Assembly (NCBI GenBank): GCA_044356215.1
Contig: JBIKWQ010000004.1
Location: 3,748 to 67,747 of the forward strand
Direction of reading: 5' to 3'
Source of the DNA: Bdellovibrionota bacterium
GTDB taxonomy: Bacteria; Bdellovibrionota_C; UBA2361; OMII01
DNA length: 64,000 nucleotides
How positions within the stretch are numbered: the stretch's first letter is position 1; every line of letters begins with the position of its first letter. Positions 52,603 to 61,329 of this stretch are shown piece after piece. A program made the position numbers and the translations under genes. Below the pieces are notes generated by a model that saw nothing but the letters and a program-made list of their open reading frames with translations, was not told the origin of the DNA and ran no database searches.

Positions 52603-54107
52603 GAAGTTCTCTGGCGCAGGGTCGAACGGGTCGTAGGAGGGTAGTTCATCGAGAGCCTCTGACGCATCGATGAACTTCGGGATGGGGGGGAGGTGCTCGA
52701 ATGGTACAAAGAGAACCGGCTAGGGCGGTAAGCTAACCGGTGTAACCAGTTTTCTAGGTCTGTATATCCATCGTGATTTCGGTCTGACATAGGGCTCCGC
52801 GGTAGCCTTAATCTTCTTGTTCGATTCGGAGATGAACGTGAGGTCCCGCCAGCCCTCAGACACCCAGATACACAGTCTTTGAGGCTCCCGGAACGGTTGG
52901 TAACATCGGATATGATCCGCTGATCGATAGGGGAGCGATTGCGCGGTCGGCTACCTACATCCGAGATAAGTTTTGAATACGCGGCTTCGCTCGGAAGATT
53001 GTTGAAGGCACCGGAGGTAATTGGTGGATATCCGGCACGAAAGGTTTCTTCATCAAGCTTGGTTAACGACCAGGACCTGTTGCTATTTAAGTCGCCTTTT
53101 AGCTCGCTATCCTCGATATAGATCCGGCTGGAGATCGCTAGTGCGCTAGCATATATCGGAGGTGCGACAAAGCTCCATGGACCTGGAATGTAGGAGTTGC
53201 CTATGAAAGTAAGAGAAACGGGATCGGCGGTGCCGTCATTATTTGATATGTTACAGAGAGACCAAGGGCCGCGGCCCCCCCAGCCGTAAACGGTATTGTT
53301 GATCATCTCTACTGAGGCCCCCGGTTTGATATAGGGATTGCGCTCCTCGTTTGATGCAATCAGATTGTTGCGCAGCGTAATTCTCTTCGAAAGGTCGCCA
53401 ATCATGACTCCTTTGCTGTGAGGTCCTTTTGGATGGATGGAGTTGTACAGCCCTTCGGCGATAAGGCAATTAGAGATAGTAACATCGTGAGTGTTAGGGT
53501 AGGCAGTTGAGATATTCTCATCAACTGCCCACGTCAATGAGAGGTGATCGACAACTACGTTGTAGGCTGATCTCGGAGGTGCGGCGCCTATGGACACCGC
53601 GTCTCTAAACCTGGGTTCAACGCCGGTATGATTGTCTCCTGGACGGACCGCAAGATGCTGCATCAGAACGTCGTGAGTTTCGACGCTAAATCCGCCCTGA
53701 GTAATTGTAATACCGGGATTGGGGGCGGTTTGTCCTGCGATAGTTATGTACGGATGTTTAATTTTTAGGATCGACTTAAGCCTAATCTCACCCGAGATCT
53801 CAAAGACGCATGTGCGGGGTTCCTTGGCGTTGATGCATTCCCTGAGCGAGCCAGGACCAGAGTCAGACAGACTTCGAATTCGAAAGATCCTAGTACGCGG
53901 TTTTTTTAGGTGGCGACCGCTTCCGGCCTGTGTCTCGACTCCGAATCCAGATAGCCCGGGTATTATAGGTAAATCGCGGCGTGTGTTGATGTCGGCTGCC
54001 GTTGCAGAGAGAACTTTACCCGATGCAATTGGTTCGGCTATCGAATTGAATAGTGTCGCGGCAAAAATTGCGACAGCAACAGGGGAGAGATCTTTAAGTA
54101 GGTCCAT
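52560..54107 (-). CDS. secreted right-handed beta-helix polysaccharide lyase (pectate-lyase family)
   Basis: Signal peptide MDLLKDLSPVAVAIFAATLF, pectate-lyase-like motifs (HPYITIAGQTAPNPG, DHLSLTW, DGYTDLENWLH); the C-terminal ~60 aa after ENWLHRL is low-complexity and is encoded antisense to repeat copy 2 and the insertion's right edge. Confidence 0.65.
   Translation of the reverse strand: MDLLKDLSPVAVAIFAATLFNSIAEPIASGKVLSATAADINTRRDLPIIPGLSGFGVETQAGSGRHLKKPRTRIFRIRSLSDSGPGSLRECINAKEPRTCVFEISGEIRLKSILKIKHPYITIAGQTAPNPGITITQGGFSVETHDVLMQHLAVRPGDNHTGVEPRFRDAVSIGAAPPRSAYNVVVDHLSLTWAVDENISTAYPNTHDVTISNCLIAEGLYNSIHPKGPHSKGVMIGDLSKRITLRNNLIASNEERNPYIKPGASVEMINNTVYGWGGRGPWSLCNISNNDGTADPVSLTFIGNSYIPGPWSFVAPPIYASALAISSRIYIEDSELKGDLNSNRSWSLTKLDEETFRAGYPPITSGAFNNLPSEAAYSKLISDVGSRPRNRSPIDQRIISDVTNRSGSLKDCVSGCLRAGGTSRSSPNRTRRLRLPRSPMSDRNHDGYTDLENWLHRLAYRPSRFSLYHSSTSPPSRSSSMRQRLSMNYPPTTRSTLRQRTSHGNPQRKLLTGKA
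52700..52771. repeat. 72-bp direct repeat, copy 2 (encodes the conserved C-terminus of the pectate-lyase-fold gene on the - strand)
   Basis: Identical to 51164-51235; its reverse complement encodes HDGYTDLENWLHRLAYRPSRFSLYH; a degenerate ~35-bp extension upstream resembles the epimerase 3' end with a G7 homopolymer. Confidence 0.9.
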
Positions 54108-54207
54108 CCGGAGAGAGATATCAGTCTCCGAAGTTATCAAGGATGATCCATGTTACTTGACGCGCAGATGATGCGATGTAACACATCTCTGGCGTGAGTT
54201 TCGGCGC

Positions 54208-54846
54208 TTAAGCGGATCTCTTTATGCCGCCGCTTCTTGATCTTTTTGATACGCCTGTGCCAGTTTGGCCATAGTTGAGTGCCGCAACTTTCGTGCGTGA
54301 GCTAGCTGTCACAGGGGCATTTCCTGATGCCTCTAGGCGTCCCTGAATGAGCCTCTCTCCGGCTCTGAATGAAGTCGTCGCTTTCGTATCTCCTAGCGAA
54401 TCCCACGCGGCGTCTATGTTATCGTCTAGCTGCGCCGAGGCAAAAGCCAGATCTCTGATCTGACTGGCCTCCTCTTGTGTCATTAGGGTGGAATCTACGA
54501 AGAACTTTAGTGACTCTTTAGTCGCTCGCTCAGCAGAGGCAAATCTCTCCGTTGGTGGCTTGTCTGCCATGTTAAGTTTAAAGGCTGACCGAAAATCCCT
54601 GGCTATTGAGTCCCCGAATCGATTTTTGATTAGCTGGTGAGCCGTAGCGGCAAAAAGTTCCTCTTCGTTTACCTCTCCTGGCTTAAACGTGTTGCCGAGA
54701 AGATTCCGCAAAGTGCGCCCAAACTCAGTGGTCGGGGTTGAGCTTCGAGACGGTTTTCTTCTCTGATTCCGAACGCTTAGAGCCTCTTGTGTTGGCTCTT
54801 TGCGGGCAGCTACCTTAAATTTGGGGCTAATCTTCATAGCGGTCAT
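54208..54846 (-). CDS. hypothetical protein (basic termini, no TM segment)
   Basis: 212-aa ORF divergent from glmS; no recognisable motifs. Confidence 0.4.
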   Translation of the reverse strand: MTAMKISPKFKVAARKEPTQEALSVRNQRRKPSRSSTPTTEFGRTLRNLLGNTFKPGEVNEEELFAATAHQLIKNRFGDSIARDFRSAFKLNMADKPPTERFASAERATKESLKFFVDSTLMTQEEASQIRDLAFASAQLDDNIDAAWDSLGDTKATTSFRAGERLIQGRLEASGNAPVTASSRTKVAALNYGQTGTGVSKRSRSGGIKRSA

Positions 54847-55083
54847 CCTTGTGCCCTCATGGGCTTACTGCGACTATCTTGAAGAAGTTACAGCAATCTT
54901 AATGCCAGGGGCGGAGGTAGAGGCAGGGGATGGCTGGCGGAGTATTCTCTGGTGTGACGTAGGTCGTGACACTTTGCGCGCTCTTGAGTACACTGTCGGC
55001 TGCTAGTTGCTTGAAATAGCACGATGATCTTTTATTCGTCGAGTGATTGGCAAGTCTTGGGGCGATTAACTAGGAGTTCCTTT

Positions 55084-56925
55084 ATGTGTGGTATTGTCGG
55101 ATATGTCGGTGCTCAGGAAGCTTTGCCTGTAATCTTAGGGGGGCTGGAGTCACTTGAGTACCGTGGATATGACTCATCTGGGGTAGCTCTCTACAGGAAC
55201 GGAGAGGTCGATATCACCCGAGCTACTGGCAAGCTCTCTGAGCTGAAGAAGGTTTTTAAAGAACGAGGAGAATCCTCAGCGGCAGGAAGTACGCTTGGGA
55301 TAGGTCACACCCGTTGGGCAACTCACGGAAGGCCAACAGAGAACAACGCGCATCCGCACTCAGCCGGACGGGTTAGTTTGATTCACAATGGAATTATAGA
55401 GAACTACCTAGAGCTTAGGGCCGACCTTCAGCGAAAGGGGTGCGTTTTTAAATCAGATACGGACACTGAGGTAGCGGCGCACTTGCTTAATAATCTCTTA
55501 GAAGATGGCACCGAGCCATTAGAAGCTATGCGTCGTATGTGTGCGGCCGTTAGAGGTAGCTACGCGTTTCTGGCTATCGATTCTGAGACCCCAGACAGGA
55601 TCTTCGTAGCAAAGAACTCGACCCCAATCATCATCGGCAGGGGAGAGGGGGAGAACTTCGTGGCTAGTGATATACCGGCGCTTTTGCAGCACACCCGAAG
55701 AATTATAGTCCTTGAGGATGGAGATCTGGCTGAGGTTAGCTCTGATTCAATATACATCGAGAACAAGGGGTCTCCAGTTCAACGTCGTGAGGAGCGTGTC
55801 TCATGGGATCCGATCACGGCTCAGAAGGGTGGTTTTAAGCACTTTATGCTTAAGGAGATCTTCGACCAGCCTCAAGCTGTAGCCGACACTATTCGTGGTC
55901 GTTTCTCAGTAGAGAGTGGGTCGGTGATTTTGCCTGAATTGGGGGCGCTAGATCGAAAGGCAGCCGAGCTAAAACGCGTAGTGCTGGTCGCGTGTGGTAC
56001 AGCTTGGCACGCCTGTTTAGAGGGAAAGTTTTTCATAGAGCGTTTCGCGCGTATACCGTGCGATGTTGATTATGCCTCTGAGTTCCGCTATCGCTCACAT
56101 CTTCTCGACGCGAATACTTTAGTAATAGCTGTTTCGCAGTCTGGAGAGACGCTTGATACCCTTGGCGCCATCGAGTGCGCGCGAGGAACGGCGCCGACCC
56201 TAGTTGTAAGCAACGTTGTCGGCGCCTCGATGAGTCGGCGCGCTGATATGGTTCTGTATACCCACGCCGGACCAGAGATAAGTGTGGCATCGACTAAGGC
56301 TTTCTCAACTCAGTTGATCGCCCTTGAGTTGCTAGCGCTATTTTTGGCGGAGAAGCGTGAGACGATGTCATCTGATGATAGGAAGGCGGTCCTTCAGTCA
56401 CTTGTTAACACAGCCGGAGCGATAACTCAGGCCCTAAAAATAGATGGTGATGTTATAGCGGCAGCTCGCAAGGTGGCGACCGCCAGAGATTTCCTCTTTT
56501 TAGGAAGAGGCACATGTTATCCGATTGCTCTTGAAGGAGCCCTTAAGCTCAAAGAGATCTCATACATTCACGCCGAGGGATACCCAGCCGGTGAGATGAA
56601 GCACGGACCGATCGCTTTAATCGATGAGAAGATGCCGGTTGTAGTTGTGCTTCAGCGCGACAAGCTCCTGTTTGAAAAGACCCTTTCGAACCTCAAAGAG
56701 GTCGAGGCACGAGGAGCGCGAGTAATAGTGGTTACCGATGCCGCCGATGACCGCCTGGCGGGTTTACAGGCAGAGTCGGTGATTCGAGTTCCGTTTGTCT
56801 CGAATGAGCTGAGTCCTTTGCTGCTGAATATCCCGCTCCAGCTCCTGGCGTACCATGTCGCTGTTATGAATGGGACTGATGTAGATCTGCCGCGCAATTT
56901 GGCCAAGAGTGTGACGGTGGAGTAG
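55084..56925 (+). CDS. glmS: glutamine--fructose-6-phosphate aminotransferase
   Basis: N-terminal MCGIVGYVG Ntn-glutaminase start, two SIS domains, C-terminal ...TVE; the six-frame ORF begins earlier at 55024. Confidence 0.95.
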   Translation: MCGIVGYVGAQEALPVILGGLESLEYRGYDSSGVALYRNGEVDITRATGKLSELKKVFKERGESSAAGSTLGIGHTRWATHGRPTENNAHPHSAGRVSLIHNGIIENYLELRADLQRKGCVFKSDTDTEVAAHLLNNLLEDGTEPLEAMRRMCAAVRGSYAFLAIDSETPDRIFVAKNSTPIIIGRGEGENFVASDIPALLQHTRRIIVLEDGDLAEVSSDSIYIENKGSPVQRREERVSWDPITAQKGGFKHFMLKEIFDQPQAVADTIRGRFSVESGSVILPELGALDRKAAELKRVVLVACGTAWHACLEGKFFIERFARIPCDVDYASEFRYRSHLLDANTLVIAVSQSGETLDTLGAIECARGTAPTLVVSNVVGASMSRRADMVLYTHAGPEISVASTKAFSTQLIALELLALFLAEKRETMSSDDRKAVLQSLVNTAGAITQALKIDGDVIAAARKVATARDFLFLGRGTCYPIALEGALKLKEISYIHAEGYPAGEMKHGPIALIDEKMPVVVVLQRDKLLFEKTLSNLKEVEARGARVIVVTDAADDRLAGLQAESVIRVPFVSNELSPLLLNIPLQLLAYHVAVMNGTDVDLPRNLAKSVTVE

Positions 56926-56966
56926 GTCGATGGTCAATCCCTAAATAGGCTTTATATGGTCAATCC

Positions 56967-57097
56967 CACGTGAACGTGCTCCTGCACGTGCTCGTAAACG
57001 TACCCGATTTGCCACTTCTGCCATCTTAGTTCGGCTTCTGAATGACCCTGAATTCGGGTACGTTTCTCGTTTACGTGCACGAGCACGTTCACGAGGC
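56967..57097. repeat. Long imperfect inverted repeat (~45-bp arms, ~42-bp spacer) between glmS and mraZ
   Basis: Arm 56967-57007 (CACGTGAACGTGCTCCTGCACGTGCTCGTAAACGTACCCGA) versus arm 57050-57097 (GAATTCGGGTACGTTT...ACGAGCACGTTCACGAGG); preceded by a 12-bp direct repeat ATGGTCAATCCC x2. Confidence 0.6.
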
Positions 57098-57290
57098 TCT
57101 GGTTATCCTTGATAACTGAGCAGAGAGCTATGAAAAAATACCGCGGCGCTCCGTCGCCTAGCCTGGATATTTGCAATAATAACAGCGAGTTGACCGGCTC
57201 CGGCACCAGTCCGCATTAGATTCCCCACAAAAAATAATCATTCTCCTCATTTTAGTACGTTGACTGAAGCACCCACGGCCTGTACTGTGG

Positions 57291-57315
57291 TGGTATGAAG
57301 TGGGTCATAGTGGTA
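57291..57315 (+). promoter_or_regulatory. Candidate MraZ operator: three direct repeats TGGTA-N5-TGGGT-N5-TGGTA (10-nt period) ~80 bp upstream of mraZ
   Basis: Matches the known E. coli MraZ box architecture (three TGGGN repeats with 5-nt spacers) upstream of mraZ; three GGTTGTT repeats with 12-nt period follow at 57335-57365. Confidence 0.5.
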
Positions 57316-57393
57316 TGTTGACCCATTATCTCTCGGTTGTTCTCTCGGTTGTTTGTTTGGTTGTTATTCCCCAAAACAACGGCGGATTGGTAG

Positions 57394-57936
57394 ATGATGG
57401 AAAAGCAGGAGGGGCAGAAGGAATCTGAAGTATCTGAGCGTTCTGCGCCTCCTGCTCGAACACCATCCCGTCCGCCGTTTGTTTCTTTTCGTGGTAATTG
57501 CGTCCACTCACTCGATGATAAAGGGCGCATAAGCCTTCCCAGTGAATTTAGAAGAGTGCTCGGTGATCAGGAGCGGCGGGGAGTCGTCCTGACCAACTAC
57601 ATTTCAGAGGGATCGCGCTGCATCGAGGGCTTCAGCCTGGGTGAGTGGGAGGATTTTGAGGGCCGTTTGCGGGAGAAGAGCCGCTTTAGCAGTAAATTGC
57701 AGAAGCTCGAGAACTTCTATCTGAGCCGAGCCACCGAGTGCGCGATAGACGGGAACGGGAGGATTTTAATTCCAACCTATTTGAGAGCGTACGGTGGGTT
57801 GGATCGAGAGGTGGTCTTCACCGCTTCAATACACGGATTTCGAATGTGGGATAAGCGAGTATGGGACGCGATCTTTGCCGCCTCAGAGCAGGCGTTGCTA
57901 GAGAATCCGGATCTATTCGCTGATGTGGATCTATGA
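57394..57936 (+). CDS. mraZ: transcriptional regulator MraZ
   Basis: Two DxxGR motifs (DDKGRISLP, DGNGRILIP); followed by rsmH; has ~30-aa N-terminal extension if ATG 57394 is used. Confidence 0.85.
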   Translation: MMEKQEGQKESEVSERSAPPARTPSRPPFVSFRGNCVHSLDDKGRISLPSEFRRVLGDQERRGVVLTNYISEGSRCIEGFSLGEWEDFEGRLREKSRFSSKLQKLENFYLSRATECAIDGNGRILIPTYLRAYGGLDREVVFTASIHGFRMWDKRVWDAIFAASEQALLENPDLFADVDL

Positions 57937-58865
57937 GTGATGTTAGTAGCGAGGCGGTGCATATCCCCGTTTTGCTCCATGAGGTGGTAGAGCAGCTAAG
58001 AGCGGAGAAAGGTGGCATGTTCCTCGATTGTACCTTAGGTGGTGGCGGACATACGCGGGCGATCCTAGACGCCTCTCCGGATAGCTGGGTGGTATCTTTA
58101 GACAGAGATCAGAGAGCCATTCGTCGAGCTGAGACTTGGGCGGGTCGTTACGCTGAACGACTACGCCTGATTCACGCGCCGTTCTCTCAGGCTGCTGACG
58201 TGGTCGATCTAAGTAAGTTCGATGGGATTCTCGCTGATCTAGGCATGTCAACTGACCAGTTGCGCGAGGGGCGGGGCTTCTCCTTTGCCGACGAGGGCTT
58301 TCTTGATATGCGGATGGACGAATCCTCGCCCATCACAGCGAGTGATTTTATCAACAGTGCTTCTGAGCGTGAGCTGTTTTTAGCTCTCGCTGAGGGCGGT
58401 GTCGGCTCTTCCGCGCGGCAATTAACCAGATTTTTGATTTCGCGGCGCCCGTACGAGAGCGCTAAAAACTTAGCTGAAGTAGTCAAAGAGTCCCATTTAG
58501 GCAAGAAAAGCGGCTCGAAAGTTCATCCGGCGACAGTAGTCTTTCAGGCGCTCAGGATGAAGGTTAATCGTGAGCGTGAGGAGATTCTGGCGCTCATGGG
58601 AGCGGCCCCAAAGTTAGTCAAGGGATCGGGATCCAGACTAGCCGTAATCACATTTCATTCGATCGAAGACACATTGGTAGCGCGAGAAATGCGACGTTGG
58701 GAGGCCGCCGGAAGTTATCCAGCCTCGTGGCGTGGTCCGCGAGATGAGAGACGTATAGGCGTTGTAAATCCGCGCAAGCCAGTGTGTCCGAGTGAAGATG
58801 AAGTGCGGCGAAATCCAGCGTCACGCAGCGCGCGTCTGCGTGTGTTTGAGTTCGCGGAAAAATAA
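57933..58865 (+). CDS. rsmH: 16S rRNA (cytosine1402-N4)-methyltransferase
   Basis: HIPVLLHEV...DCTLGGGGHT signature. Confidence 0.92.
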   Translation: MSDVSSEAVHIPVLLHEVVEQLRAEKGGMFLDCTLGGGGHTRAILDASPDSWVVSLDRDQRAIRRAETWAGRYAERLRLIHAPFSQAADVVDLSKFDGILADLGMSTDQLREGRGFSFADEGFLDMRMDESSPITASDFINSASERELFLALAEGGVGSSARQLTRFLISRRPYESAKNLAEVVKESHLGKKSGSKVHPATVVFQALRMKVNREREEILALMGAAPKLVKGSGSRLAVITFHSIEDTLVAREMRRWEAAGSYPASWRGPRDERRIGVVNPRKPVCPSEDEVRRNPASRSARLRVFEFAEK

Positions 58866-58955
58866 ATTTTTGAAGTTAAAAATATTCGCGTCATGTCACT
58901 TTTGGTAGCGACAGAATTTGAAGAACAAAGTACATTCTAAAGATTAGGGTTTTAT

Positions 58956-59273
58956 ATGGCAGTATGTTTGCAGTATCAGTCGGTTTACGTTAAGCGAGAG
59001 GCTGCGGTGGTTTCTCTAAGAGTGCAGATCGTCGCGGCGGTCGCTCTCTTGCTCGTGTTAGGCGCACGAGTTTGGGTCAAGTTAGAGGCGACGGACCTTG
59101 GGTATCAGTTGGCGCGTGAGCGCTCACGAACCATCGAATTGGACATGGAGCGTCGTGAGCTTGAGCTTCAACGTTCAGTTTTGCTTAGACCCGATGCGTT
59201 AAGCGCTTCAGCGAGAAAGATGGCTCACCTCGAGGAGCACATGGCTGAGAGAAGTTTTCGCGTCGCGTACTGA
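58956..59273 (+). CDS. ftsL: cell division protein FtsL
   Basis: 105-aa bitopic protein with a single TM then a coiled-coil; canonical position between rsmH and ftsI. Confidence 0.65.
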   Translation: MAVCLQYQSVYVKREAAVVSLRVQIVAAVALLLVLGARVWVKLEATDLGYQLARERSRTIELDMERRELELQRSVLLRPDALSASARKMAHLEEHMAERSFRVAY

Positions 59274-59355
59274 TCCCGCTAAACGGGATTCCATGGGACC
59301 AGGAGCTTCCCGAGAAAGGGATGATTGTTTAGGTATCAGTGATTTGATCAGTTAG

Positions 59356-61284
59356 ATGTCCGCTCAGATAAAGCTTCCATTCGAATCCTCAACTCTAAAG
59401 GCCGCCAGAATAGCGGAGCCAGAATTACCGTATTCGGCTAAACGCAAGGATTCATTGATCGGCGTGGATTTCGCGATGTTGAGGAGATCTCCGGCGTCGA
59501 TAGCGGAGCTGGCCTCGAAGCGCCCAATGCGGCTCCGATTGGTTGGCATCGCCGCTATTTTATGGACCGGGATTTTGGTGGCTAGGTTGTATAGCTTGCA
59601 GGTTTCGGACGTCGAACGGTGGCAGGACTGGGCGATTAAGCAGCATGTAGCCGATGTTGAGGTGGCATCTGAACGAGGGCCTGTTATAGATCGTAACGGC
59701 AAGCTAGTCGCGGTGTCGGTTCCGGCGGAGTCAATTTATATTCGGCCTAGACAGGTTAGAGATAAGCAGCGAGTTGTTAAAGAGCTTTCAAAGGCTCTTG
59801 GTGTTAAGCCGATACATATAGCCGAGAAGCTAGTCAGCAAACAGCCGTTTGTCTGGGTCAAGCGTCAGATGCCGAGGTACGACGCGCGCAAGGTCACTGA
59901 ACTTAATCTGGCTGGCGTGGGTAGTGTTTTGGAGTCGAAGCGATTTTATCCTTATAACAATGCAGCTAGCTCGCTGATTGGTAAGGTCGGTACCGATGGA
60001 GTGGGGTTGTCAGGGATCGAGAAGGTCTATGAGAGGAGACTCAAGCAAGACCATATAAAGACTCGGGCAGGACGCGATGCCCTTGGTAAAATTATCCACA
60101 CAGGATTGGGCGAGGATGGGCAACCTTTCGCGCCCCCTCGGGGACACGAGCTTAAGTTAACGATCGACGCCGATCTGCAGATTATCATGGATGAGGAGCT
60201 TGAGCTCGGGCGCAAAGAAGCGAACGCCAAGCAGGCCATGGCGGTGATGGTGGACTCGGATACAGGAGAGATCGTGGCGCTGAGTCAATCGCCAAGCTTT
60301 AACTTCAATAATCCCTCTAAATCCTCGAAGAACGAGTTAAGGAATCTTTTAGTGGAGGCGGTTTTTGAGCCGGGCTCGGTGATGAAGCCACTCGTAGCCG
60401 CGGCGGCGATAGACGCTGGAGTTGTAAAGCCTCAAGATATGATCGATTGCGAGATGGGACGTTTCCCTTTTTCTAAGCATACGATTAAGGACGTCCACCC
60501 ATCTGGTGTTATATCATTCCACGATGTCGTCGTGCGCTCATCTAATATCGGGATGACAAAGGTTGGAATACGCATGGGGAGCGAGCGGCTTTACGATTAC
60601 CTTCGGAAATTCGGCTTCGGGCGTTCCAGTGGTTTGGGGCTGCCAGGGGAATCTTCGGGAATTCTGCGCTCTGAGCCAAGCTGGAGCAAGGTTGATGTGG
60701 CCACGCACTCTTTCGGGCAGGGAGTTGCTGTCACTCCTCTACAGGTTGTCAGGGCAGTTGCGGCGATCGCTAACGGCGGAATCCTTCCACAGCTATCAGT
60801 TACAATAGATGATAACGGGATACCAGAGGGGCAGCGTATCGTCTCTGAGAGGGCGGCTAGCGCGGCCCGCGAAATGATGTACGGAGTAGTTGAGGACGAG
60901 CACGGGACCGGAGCTAAGGCAGCTGTTCCGAATATCCGTGTTGGAGGCAAGACCGGAACAGCTCAAAAAGCGTCTCCAAGTGGCCGTGGCTATCAACCTG
61001 GCACCTATGTGGCCTCGTTTGTTGGTTTCGCTGATGGAGGGTCCATCGGCGTAGGTCGAAATCTTACCACTATGGTTATTATAGACGAGCCTCACGCTAA
61101 GAGTATATACGGCGGTACTTTGGCGGCTCCAGTTTTCCAAAAAGTAATGGATAGGAGCTTCAAGTTTTTAGCGACCAAGAGCCAGCTAGGAGTGGGGCGT
61201 TCTCGCGAGCCACTGATAGTGCCAAATGAGCCTATAGAGATTAAAGATGAGGAGCTGTTTACAGCGTCTTATAAGGTGCCATAG
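59356..61284 (+). CDS. ftsI: peptidoglycan D,D-transpeptidase FtsI (class B PBP)
   Basis: N-terminal TM, PBP dimerisation domain, transpeptidase motifs SVMK, SSN, KTGT. Confidence 0.9.
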   Translation: MSAQIKLPFESSTLKAARIAEPELPYSAKRKDSLIGVDFAMLRRSPASIAELASKRPMRLRLVGIAAILWTGILVARLYSLQVSDVERWQDWAIKQHVADVEVASERGPVIDRNGKLVAVSVPAESIYIRPRQVRDKQRVVKELSKALGVKPIHIAEKLVSKQPFVWVKRQMPRYDARKVTELNLAGVGSVLESKRFYPYNNAASSLIGKVGTDGVGLSGIEKVYERRLKQDHIKTRAGRDALGKIIHTGLGEDGQPFAPPRGHELKLTIDADLQIIMDEELELGRKEANAKQAMAVMVDSDTGEIVALSQSPSFNFNNPSKSSKNELRNLLVEAVFEPGSVMKPLVAAAAIDAGVVKPQDMIDCEMGRFPFSKHTIKDVHPSGVISFHDVVVRSSNIGMTKVGIRMGSERLYDYLRKFGFGRSSGLGLPGESSGILRSEPSWSKVDVATHSFGQGVAVTPLQVVRAVAAIANGGILPQLSVTIDDNGIPEGQRIVSERAASAAREMMYGVVEDEHGTGAKAAVPNIRVGGKTGTAQKASPSGRGYQPGTYVASFVGFADGGSIGVGRNLTTMVIIDEPHAKSIYGGTLAAPVFQKVMDRSFKFLATKSQLGVGRSREPLIVPNEPIEIKDEELFTASYKVP

Positions 61285-61329
61285 TTAAGATTCACCACAC
61301 CTGGTTGGTATTTTTTTATAGCGGCGTTT

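Noticed and set aside
52603-52699. Second epimerase-like pseudogene fragment
   Set aside because: Only ~35 bp of degraded similarity (FGMGG… / EWYKENRLGR) adjoining repeat copy 2; better explained as the diverged left extension of the duplicated junction than as a separate gene.
54847-55083. glmS ribozyme upstream of glmS
   Set aside because: No match to the conserved glmS ribozyme core (e.g. AGCGCCAGAACU / GACGAGG elements) by eye; organism is Gram-negative-type where the ribozyme is not expected.
56952-57206. 84-aa minus-strand ORF between glmS and mraZ
   Set aside because: Spans the long inverted repeat; no RBS; sequence explained by repeat structure.
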